From Vicugna vicugna (Eukaryota), in assembly GCA_013265495.1 (NCBI GenBank), contig MU058540.1:705696-769695 (forward strand): 64,000 bases of DNA. The letters are read 5' to 3'. The notes beneath the pieces were generated by a model. That model worked only from the letters and a program-made list of their open reading frames with translations. It ran no database searches and was not told where the DNA came from. This document shows, one piece after another, positions 14,637-24,938 of the stretch; the stretch's first letter is position 1; each line of letters begins with the position of its first letter. The position numbers were made by a program, and so were the translations under genes.

Positions 14637-15901
14637 TGCACAAGCCAGCAGTGGGCAGACTGAGAGACTCCCTGGCTTGCTCCCCCATCCCACCTGACTC
14701 GTGCAGTGTGGGAAATGGGCTCAGGATGCCTGAAGGACAACCTTAGAGGTGGCTCCACCGGCTGAGGGTTTCAGCCCTGCCTGTGCTGTCCTTGCTGTGG
14801 GTGTGCCTTTCCCTGGGTTTGTTTCCTCACTTTAGAATGAGGAGACTGGACTAGATGGCCCAGAAAGGACCTCATGGCCTGTATGTCATGGTTCTAGGGG
14901 GAAGGGAAGGGGTTACGAGGTACCTTACCCCAAGCCTCCCTAGATGTTCCATCTGGTGTAACACGGACTGAGGGAACCTCAGAATTAGTGCCGGAAATGC
15001 AGCCTCAGGTGCATTTAGAGGGCAGTTCTTTGCCAGGTGGAGGACCTACTCCCAGCTTCCTCCTCTAGTGCTCAGGGAGCCTATGGGAAGGAAAGGAGCC
15101 TCCCCCCTACACCCTGCAGTGACAGCCACGTGTGTGACCTCACTGTTTATGGACAGCATGCTGTGGGGACCCAAGACGTTGGAAAGATCACTGGCCAGTG
15201 TCCACTGGGAGGCAGGAGGTGTGGAGTCCAGCCTGGTCCTACCCTGACCATTGTGTGACCTTGGCAATGCTCTGTCTTTAGATATCAGTCTCCTCCCTTC
15301 CAGGCCTCTTTACAGAAAAGTGCCCTGTGCTCAGTCCTGGGGCTTCTTTCTCCATCCCCTTCACTGCCCCCGGGGATCTCACCTTGTTCTGGCTTGAAAT
15401 TCTATGTAATTGCTGATGACTCCCACATTTATGCCTCCAGCCCTAACCTTTCCTGAAGTCCAGACTTGTATGTCCACCTGCCTGTGTGACATCTCCACCT
15501 GGATGCCCAACAGGCATCTCATAGTTCACAGGTCTAGTCTACCTCATGATCTTCCTCCCACCGGCATGAACCACCACAGGCTTCACCTGCTCAGTGAGTG
15601 GCAAATCTATCCTTCCAGGTGTTCCAGCCAAAACCCTTGAAGTCGGTTTTACTTTTCTCTTTCTTCACATCCTATATCCATTTTTACTCCCAGCAAATCC
15701 CATAAGCTTATACCTCCAAAATATTTCCAGAATCGGACCACTTTGCTCTGCCTCCACCATGACCACCCTGGGCTGGACCTCTGTTTGTCTGTGTGTCTGT
15801 CTGTATCTCTTGGGTACTGCAGCAGCCTCCTCAGTGGTCTCCCTAATTCTGCCTTTACCTCAACACACATGCTGGGGAGACTCTTTAAAAATGTGAATCA
15901 G

Positions 15902-16351
15902 TCAAAAATGGGCAGAAGACCCAAGCAGACATTTCTCCAAAGAAGACACAGATGGCCAACAGGCACATGAAAAGATGCTTAATATCGCTAATTATTAGAG
16001 AAATGCAAATCAAAACTACATTGAGGTATCACCTCACACCGCTCAGAATGGCCATCATCAAAAAGTCTACAAATAATAAATGCTGGAGAGGCTGTGGAGA
16101 AAAGGGAACTCTCCTACACTGTTGGTAGTAAGTAAATTGGTGCAGCCACTGTGGAAAATAGTATGGAGGTTCCTTAAAAAACTAAATTGCGAAATGATCC
16201 ATGAATCCCACTCCTGGACATATTTCCAGAGAAAACTCCAATTCAAAAAGATACACGCACCCGAATGTTCATAGCAGCACTATTTATAACAGCTGAGACA
16301 TGGAAGCAACCTAAATGTCCTTCAATAGATGACTGGATAAAGATGTTGTGG

Positions 16352-16390
<39 letters not shown>

Positions 16391-16866
16391 GTATGTGTAT
16401 ATATATAGTGGAATACTACTACTCAGCTATAAAAAAAAGAATAAAATAATGCCATTTGCAGCAACATGGATGGCCTAGAGATTATCATACTAAGTGAAGT
16501 AGGTCAGACAGAAGACAAATATCATATGATGTCACTTACATGTGGAATCTAAAATATGACACAAATGAACATATTTACAAAACAGAAACAGACTCACAGA
16601 CATAGAAAACAAACTTATGGTTACCAAAGGGGGAAGGGGGTGGGGGAGGAATAAAATAGGAATTTGGGATTAGCAAGCTACTATATATAAAATGGATAAA
16701 CAACAATCCTACTGCATAGCACAGGGAACTATATTCAATATCCTGTAATAAACCATAATGGGAAAGAATATGAAAAAAGAACATGTATATATGTGTATAA
16801 CTGAATCACTTTGCTGTACAACAGAAACTAACACATTGTAAATCAACTATACTTCAATTTAAAAAA
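15902..16866 (+). mobile_element. 5'-truncated L1 (ORF2 C-terminus remnant, 3' UTR, A-tail) with an internal (TA)n tract
   Basis: aaaatgggcagaagac...gaaatgcaaatcaaaactaca...atgccatttgcagcaacatggatg...aaatcaactatacttcaatttaaaaaa; a probable target-site duplication is present. Confidence 0.9.
16352..16407. repeat. Imperfect (TA)n/(TG) microsatellite inside the L1
   Basis: tatatgtatatatatata...gtatatatata. Confidence 0.9.
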
Positions 16867-18179
16867 GTGTAAATCAGACCATGTCACTCCACTGCTTAAA
16901 AGCCCTCAAGGGCTCCCACCACAAAAGAATCAGAGCAAACTCCAAACAATGGCTTATAAAGTCCACATTCTGGCTTCACCTCCCACTCTCCCCCCTTACT
17001 CCCTTTGCTCCAGCCACTCAGGCCTCTTTACTCTTCCCTGAAAGCAATGGGCCCCACTCCTGCCTCAGGGCCTTTGCACTGGCTGTTCCTTCTGCCTGGA
17101 AAGCACTTCCCCCAGACATCCTTACGGTTTACTCCCTCTGTCTCTTCAGGTCTTTGCACAAATACCAATAGCTCATGAAGCTGCTCTGATCACCCTATTT
17201 AAAATTACAACCCACTGCATCTCCTTTCCCTGTTTTACTTTCATATCACTTTCTGATATACAATAAAGTTTGCTTATTTATTCTGCTTGGAGTTTATTGC
17301 TGGTCCTTCCAGTATCTTATTTCTGATCCCCCTGGAGTGTGAGCTCCATGAGGGCAGAGAAATTGCCTGTATTGTTCACCACCCTATCCCGAGGGCCCAG
17401 AACTGTGCCTTGCACATAGCATGGGCTCAGTAAGTATTCACTGTCTGAATAAATGAGTCTGTGAAATAAAGAGCTGCACTAAACACACTCAAAGCTCTCT
17501 CCAGCCCCGACAATCTGTGCATCCTAACTTGGCACTGAAGGCCTAGGGCCCTGGGTTTTGATGCTGAGGCTGTCTCCTGAGGGCTCCTGTCTAGGGGAGG
17601 AACCGGCACCCCCATCATCTCTCTCCTGAGGACCACAGCTGCCACCCGATTGGTCTTCTGCCTCCACTTGTGCTGCCCTGCAACTTTCTAAGTCGGATCA
17701 GGTGACCTCCTGGCTTTGAACACCCAACAGCCTCCTAGATGACTTACCTGGCCCACCAGGCCCTGCCAGCCCCTTGCCCTCTCTCAGCATGCCCTAGGCC
17801 TGGGATCTGAGCCACAGTACTTCCTGAGCAGGGCCTCTGCTCACTGTTCCTTCTTAGGGGATTTTCTTGCTCTAGCTCTTTGCATGGATGGTTCCTCTCG
17901 ATCCTTCAGGCTTCAAATCAAAGGTCACCTCCTCTGAGAGGTCTTCCCCACCCTGCCCCCCCTGGCCAAAGCAGTGTCCCCAGCCCCACTCTCTAACACA
18001 TTTCTTTATTTGGTGCCTAAAATGGTTTATTGTCTCATCATTGGTGTCTGTCTCTCCCTGCGAGGATGGAGCTCACTGCCTGAAAGTCTGATTCATTGCT
18101 GTGTCCTGGAACATTCTGCGGTGGCCAAGGGAACCATTCCCCCATTAGGTTTCTCTACGTTGTCCCCCTGTCTGCTCAC

Positions 18180-18295
18180 CTTGATAACGTCCTTTTCTTC
18201 TTCCTCTGTGGGCTCCATGGGGTCCAGAGGGCTCACCTCTCTTGACCTCTGTGTACACTCAGGGATTTCTTTTGACCTTTGTGCCTCTCCTTTTC
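18180..18295 (-). CDS. MLN: MLN exon 3 (116 nt, frameshifted): EKERHKGQ-KK-SLSV, then a 1-bp deletion and a premature TGA at 18233-18235
   Basis: cctag acceptor and GTGAGC donor. The 5' part reads EKERHKGQKKSLSV, while the 3' part reads QRSREVSPLDPMEPTEEEEKDVIK in a different frame (ORF 18093..18338). Confidence 0.92.
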
Positions 18296-20149
18296 CTAGG
18301 GGCCGAGCACAAAATTGTACAAACCTGTCTTCCTTCAACCACCCCAGGACCCCTTCGTGTTTCTACCCAGAGTGCTAAGTGGCCAGAGCAACCCCAGCCC
18401 CGCTTTCTAGGCCAAAAGAACCCCTTTTCCCAGGTGTCTCTTGCACAAGGCGTGACAGACACCCAGTGGCTTAAGGCCCTCGGATTTGCCCACGAACAGA
18501 TCTACCCCAAGAGGAATCGTTCCTTTGTAGTTCAGACATTACACCCAGATTGTTACTGTTAATTAAGTTAAAATGCTGAAAATAATGGCTGCTCTTCCTG
18601 CATATTAAGTGTGAAAACGTGTTTTTCTTAGCAAAGAGCCTATAAAAAAGATGGTACGACAGTTGAGCCTGGGAGGAAGCCATGGGGTGGCCCGGAAACT
18701 GGAATCCCTGGGAGGTGATTTATAAGAGGCAAGACAGAGAGATGAATTATGGAGGAAGGAGTCTGCAGCTTCCTCATAAAAATCCCAGGGCCTGGTAATT
18801 AAGAGGAATAAAACCACAGAGCAGATTAACGCAAAGTGTCCTTTGGTTGCCATTTTGTTAGCTGGTGTTCTGTTGACTTGGACTGTTTCTGTCCAGCCCC
18901 ACATCTTGCCGGGCCTCCTGCATGCCAGGTCCCTGAGCACTGAGATCAGACACACCCCATTCCTTTGGTACGGGCAGTACTCTGGGGGTTCGGCTCTGGG
19001 CCTGCCCTGAGACAAGGTGATTCTAGAACAGTTGGTCGTCTTTTCTGCTGAGGGAGCCAAGTGGTGGAGGAAGGTAGGTTTTGGGGGCTCACTGCATCTC
19101 CTCTGTCACTCTCCACGTCTGCCCCTGAAGAAGAGGAGCTGGGTCTAGTCTTGTCTCTACCAAGGATGCTGTTCATGAGATATGTGCAAACCTGTCCCCA
19201 GACAGTGCGCTGATGCAGAGGTTGCCCCAAGGGCCCCAATGCCCGGAGGACAGACTCGTGTATGTGTCCCTATTGGAGCCTCGGTCTTGGGCACGTGGGA
19301 CACGTAAGCTCCATTTCTTCATCTCATTTAAAAAGAAATAAAGGTGGCATAGACACTGAGAACCCCTTGATGTCTAAAGTAAAAGGCCCAGGGAGGCAGG
19401 GTCAGCAGCCCAGTTTTCCTCAGGCTCCGCTGCCGAGTTCCATTTAAGACTGCCCTGTTTTCTTCCAGGCTCTGAAGAGAAGGATTTGGCCACCACTACC
19501 TGAAAAGGCACCTTCTTTCCCACCCTGGCCATTTGCTCCCACCTGTTGCTCCGTCCTCTCTTGAGGCCCCCAGCTTAGGTTCCTCTCTTCCCTGCGGACT
19601 TCCAAACACACACCAGCCCACAGTGATTTCTCCTCCACTGAACTCAGCACTTACCATCAGCATCACTTACTGGGCAATTAATCATGTCCTGTCTTGTGAC
19701 ATTGCCCTTTTGTTTTCCATTGTTAGTGAATTTTTCATGTTTGTGTCTTGGCTCCCGAGCCCGTTTCTTGAAGATGGGAAGTTCTTAGATGTCCTTGCAT
19801 GTCTGGCCTCTCACCCAGGGTGGCCCTTTTTGCTGCAGAGATGCTCAGCAAATATTTATTGGCTTGTTAATTGAAAATTTCCTCTGAAGGATGGGCAGGG
19901 GTGGGAAAAGATGTCACTGTCACTTGTGGGAGCCACTGACACCTTTGCGGTGCTAGTGAAGGGGTGGAGGTGGATATCTTGGGTCCTGGTTCTTCATGAT
20001 GGGCTCAGTGTCACTGGCATGGCTGATTAAATGTGAGTTTACCAAAGGGACTCTTGTGCCTCAGAGAGACTAACACCACTTTGGTGCTGAGCAGGGCTGT
20101 GAGTCACCTCAGCCACACCCGGGAGGTGGGCAGCTTAAGAATTTCTTAC

Positions 20150-20266
20150 CTGCATCCTGTGAAGTTCACTGTAGGTGAAGATGGGAACAAAGGCGTCTGT
20201 CTGGGAGGCCAGCATGGCAGCTGCATGCACCACCAGCAGGACAGCTACAGCCTTGCAGGACACCAT
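20150..20266 (-). CDS. MLN: MLN exon 2 coding part (117 nt): signal peptide [25 protein letters not shown] plus motilin residues 1-14 [14 protein letters not shown]. The exon starts at 20273.
   Basis: FVPIFTY is the motilin N-terminus. ATG is in strong context (AGGATGG), with tgtacag acceptor and GTAAGA donor. Confidence 0.97.
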
Positions 20267-22790
20267 CCTGGAGCTGTACAACGACAAGAAGCTCCTGTCA
20301 CCAAGTGTGACACAGTGACAGACTGCTGCATCAGAGGCAGGAGCCTTCAGTTCTGGTCCACGCCCTACCTGTAGATGTGATCTTGAGCAAGCCACTTAGC
20401 CTCTCTAGACTCAGACCTGGTGTGGGGCTGTACCAGATGAGCTCAGAGCCCCCTCTCTGCCCCAAGTGCCATGGAGAGGCCACTCTTCCCCTGCCACATA
20501 CCAGGGAAGAATCATTCCACTTGTTGGCCCTTCTCTTTTTTCCTGGAGAGGATTTCTGGGGTCAGCTGCACTAATAATGAAGTAGGAGAGACTTCATGTC
20601 CCAGAGAAAAACTCTGATTGTCAGCAGAACTAAGCCCCAAGATCCAGGGAGCCTGCCTGCTCCCTGAGCTAGTTAGGATGATGAAAGGAATAGACCTAGC
20701 CCAGAAGATCCCAGCTCTGCCTGGAGGCACCAGGCCAAGACCCCAGTTCTAGAGAGGAAGGGACTGAGACCCTTTGCCCATGTGGAGGCAAAGCCAGACG
20801 GAAAACTTCAGCTTGGAGCCGCATCCAAGAGCAGAGTGGGGTCCCCCAGACTCTGGGGCCAGCACTGGCTCTGGAACAAGCCCCTTCCCAGCTCCAGTGA
20901 GTCTAGCTTCCTGTTGGCCACCATCCAGAAACAACCATCTTCCTGCAACAGCTCCCTCCAACCCCAAGCCATGAGTGCTGGCCAGGTGCCAGCAGGAGTG
21001 CATGAGGCCCTCCCGCATCCCTAGAAGTGGGTAAGTCTGCAATGGCTGGCAGGAAGGAGGGCTGCCAAGACTGCCAGGGAACAGGTGGGTGTGGTGACTG
21101 CAGGCATGGAGAGACTTGAGAAAGGGGCCAGCTGGGCCCACCCTGGGCAGGGTCAGGATGGTCCTGTGGAGGGGTGTGTGGCCTGCTGGGTGCTAGCCTT
21201 GGTTGATTCCTTAATCCATAGGGTCCCATTCCAAGTCTGCTCCCACCAAGGTAGTGGTGGCTAGAAGTTGGCCTTCTGAGACCTGGTACTTGTCCCAGTG
21301 CCCCACAGTCCAGGTGGCCTCTGCCCTCAGAAGGTGAAGGGCATCACAAGAGCGGGCCTGCTGATATTCTGGGAACCAACGTTCCTGTGCTGGGTGGACT
21401 GCTGGGTGTGGGGGCCAAGCCCCCGGAGCAGGGAAGGGAGACCAGAGGCAGCCTCTGTTGCAGTGTGGGTGTGGGGGATTATAGGGTTCAGATAAAGAGT
21501 TTCTAGGGGTCAATTCAGGACTCCCACAGCCCTTGGGCAGCCTGGATTCCATGGGTATGAGAGGAACCTGCCCTAGACTGGCCTCCGAACTTCTCTGCAA
21601 GTTCAATTTCAACTGTCCCTTCAGAGAAACTCTTCGAGGCTGTGGGCTTGCATCCTGCCTCTCCGCTAGGACCTGTCTCCTCCATTGTGTGAAGTCCCCT
21701 CTGCTGAGCAGGACTCCCTCTGCCTCTTTGCTTTCCTGTGGCCCCGTCCTACTTTGTCTCTCCATCTCACTAAAACTCCACAAGCAAGAACATGAGAGCT
21801 CAGACAGCCAAAGCCTTCCATGCCAGCTGCATACAACTTCCCAGGAGAGCGGGAAGGACCAGTCACCCACTGAAGACCACCTCTCAGAAGCTGAGGCCCT
21901 GAGCAGAGCCCCGGGGGGATCTTGAGGAGACAGAGCAAGGGTGGGGGTGGGGGCTCAGAATCATCATTCCTCCTCCTACGGAGTCTCTGGGGCCCCAGCT
22001 CCTTCCCAGAGGAGACGGATGTGTCACATTTATGGCGCCTCATTTCCTTTTCCCGAGATGCTGTAGATCCCTTTTCATTCTGGTGTTTGCATTTAATTCA
22101 CTCCATAAGAATCAATACAAACTTTAAATAAAAAAAGGCAAAAATCCAATTGCTGCTCATTTTCTTGATCCAACTGGCAGCCAACACATCACCTACACTT
22201 TTCTGCGTTCGGGGAGCTCAGAGTGGGAGCAAGAGCTTTTCACTGTATGGTAAGGTGCTGGACTTTTCTTTTCCATCACCAGGGATGGGGCTCCAGCCTT
22301 CAAGTGCTCGGTTCTGGCTGATGGGGTGCCTGTCTCCCCCCCTCCCATGGTAGCACCAGGCCCGGCTAGTCTTGCTAAGCCATGTCATCTCCCTAGGGAC
22401 CCAGCTTTCCCCCTTAACTTCCCAGAGCCAAGACTCCACACCAAGTGGGATGACCCTGCATCTATGCTGGACTCTGGCTTGGGTTCCTGCCTGCAGTCGA
22501 CAGTACCACCCACCCAGACAGCTCCTCTTGCTAGGATTTGCTCCTCTCTCCAGCCTCCATGCCTCCTGGCAGCCCCGCTCTTGCCTACTATGTGCAGCTT
22601 TAACCCACACTCTGGAAGTCAGCTCAAGGCGCTCAGTTTGAAGCCCAGGTAGGTATCTGAAGGTGGTAGAGAGTTGCAGGAGCCAGTCAGCTCACCCCAC
22701 AAGGCTCTGGACTTGGCTGGCTTGGCTCACACCCCAGTTTCACCCCAGGACTCATGCTGACCACCTCCCCACCCTTCTCTGGCTACTCAC

Positions 22791-22845
22791 GGCATGAGAG
22801 TGGTCCAAGTGGGCCGGGAAGAGTCTCTCTCTGCTTGTCCTCTGG
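22791..22845 (-). other. MLN: MLN first exon, essentially 5' UTR (TSS approximate)
   Basis: Starts about 25-30 nt downstream of a TATA box and ends in CC|GTGAGT (donor 22785-22790). It resembles the human MLN 5' UTR as I recall it. Confidence 0.8.
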
Positions 22846-22868
22846 CGTCTGTCTGGTCTGACAGGTCC

Positions 22869-22914
22869 TTATATACCTCCTGTCCTCCCTTTGAAGCCCG
22901 TTAACCTTTGGCCA
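22869..22914 (-). promoter_or_regulatory. MLN: MLN core promoter: TATA box TATATAA (22869-22875), TCF/LEF-type CTTTGAAG (22889-22896), HNF4-type DR1 TGGCCAAAGGTTA (22902-22914)
   Basis: Motifs read directly from the sequence at canonical spacing from exon 1. Factor assignments are by consensus match only. Confidence 0.72.
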
Positions 22915-24619
22915 TATCTTTGGGGGCTCCGGGTGGGGAGACTGGATTCTTGGAGCTTGTGGAAACAACGGACAGGGCCTGCCACACCATGGATTTCTGG
23001 GGCTTTCCTGCAGGGTTTGGCAGAGGTCAGCCCCCTCCCAGGTGGCACTCTCCTGTCCACTTAGAGCTCAACTGCTGCTCTGAAGGTCATTTCAATGAAA
23101 GCCCTTTCTTGTTACTTAAACACATGTTGTTGAGTGTCTTCAGGCCACTCTTAGCAGATTCTGTTGGCCTGTCAGAGTGCCGTAATAGGAAGATAGCCTG
23201 TCCTCAGCCTTTCCCCTGAAGCCCCTCATGAAAGAAAGGGCGCAGAAGTGCGTGGCACCATTTCAATCAATTAATGAAAAGAAAATGACAGTCCAGACCC
23301 AGGGCCACAGAGGGCCAGAGTCTCCGCGGAAGGCCAGGGAATGTGTAAAGTGTGCTGTAAGGAAGGTCTGTAGCCTCAGTGGGGAGAATGGACCTCTATC
23401 CAAGAAACCTTTTGTGATGATTGTGTCATTCAAATAGTAACTTTAAAGATTCAGCAAAGGAAGAGGTGAACGTATTCCAGAGTCAGATAGGGCTGGCTGC
23501 TGCTGCTGGCTACTGCTGTTTCCGAACATGGGGCACTTTTGGGAACCACCTCTAGCACCATTCAGGGAATGTGTGACATGCATGTTCAGATTAAACCTCA
23601 ACAACCCCATGAGGTCAGTCCCCTTATTTTCCCCCTTTTACAGATAAGGAAGTTGAGGCACAGTTAAATCCCTCTTCTGTGACCCCACTGCAAGGTTTCT
23701 TCACACAAAGGACAAGGCTGGATGGGGCCAGGTGTCGCAGGAGGTGGGAGAGGGGGATTCTGGGATGCAGGGCATGCACAGGTGCTGCAGATGGCAGGAC
23801 GTCGGTGTCACAGGAGGTCCACTGTGTTGGGGAGGGTCAGTCTGGGCCTTGAGGATGGGGCCCTTAGAAATCAAGCAGAAGGATTTAGATTTGATGGAGA
23901 AGGAAGTCAGGGGTGCCTTGAAGGGGATATGATGAACATGTCATGATGGAAAATCACTCAGTGTTGGGGCATAGGCCTTGGAGCAGGGAGCGGCGAGGAT
24001 GGGAGACTGATGTGAAGTCCCGAGTCTGGGTGGACAGAAGTCATTCCCTACGTGAAACTTTGTTGGCCATTAGTGCCTTCCAGAGAGCCTGCCCCAAAGG
24101 TCCAGAAGGGAACTGCTGCTTGTCCAGGAACACCTACCCTGTCATCCTTCTGTCTGCTCTGGCTTTTGCCCTCTGAAAGAAACACATTTGCAGTGCTTCA
24201 AACTTAACCCAGATAACATCTAAATTCCCTGCTCAGCAAGACCCCTCCTCCCCCCATCGGTTCTCTGCTTTCTATTCCCAATGCGAGGTTAGAACTCCTC
24301 CAGAGTGCTGGAATGGTGACAGGCTTGTGCACTGGGTCTCTGGAGTCTGAGATTTATCTCAGAGGAACTAGAACTCAAAATGCTGGGGCTTGGAATTGAA
24401 CTGCCACTTCTTAACCTTGGCCTGATTGGAGTCTCACTGCCTCCATTCCAAGAGGGGATTTTAAGACAAAGTCAGACCTTGGTGGGGGAAAAATAGCATG
24501 AGGGTTGTGAAGGAGCCTGCCAGCACCCCAGGCTCAGGGAAGCTCCAGGGAGGCTCTGTCTGCACCACGGGTTCCTATGGCAGGACATGCCAGCATCTGT
24601 GTCTCCAATGCCTTGACCG

Positions 24620-24938
24620 GGGTGGGCCAAATATAGGTCAAACCCAGCCTGCTCTCTATTTTCATATAGCCTGTGAACTAAGTGATTTTTACATTTTTAA
24701 TATTTAAAAAAATCCAAAGAAGAATAATGTTTAGTGACAGATGAGTTTATATGAAACTCACATTTCTGTGTCCATAAAGTTTTATTGGAACACAGCCATG
24801 CTCATTCAACTGCTTATTGTCTATGGCAGCTTTGGGGCTGCAACAGCAGGGTTGGATAGTTGTGACAGAGACATTATGGCCCACAAATGCAAAAATATTT
24901 ATTATCTGGACCTTACAGAAAAAGTTTGCTGACCTCTG
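24620..24938. mobile_element. MER58-like hAT-Charlie MITE
   Basis: ataaagttttattggaacacagccatgc...tatggcccacaaa...aaaatattta...acagaaaaagtttgctgacctctg. Confidence 0.8.

Larger units (their letters stand above)
15370..17458 (+). mobile_element. L2 LINE 3' portion, interrupted by an L1 insertion
   Basis: L2 hallmarks (ctccagccc...acatctccacctggatg...; gcctttgcactggctgttccttctgcctgga) and the tail gcacatag...ctcagtaagtatt...gaataaatga. Confidence 0.75.

Noticed and set aside
16080..16274. 64-aa ORF resembling annotated hypothetical proteins
   Set aside because: Translation of a degraded L1 ORF2 3' end.
21211..21870. 219-aa minus-strand ORF in MLN intron 1
   Set aside because: No recognisable domain, non-ATG start, and composition typical of chance ORFs in GC-rich introns.
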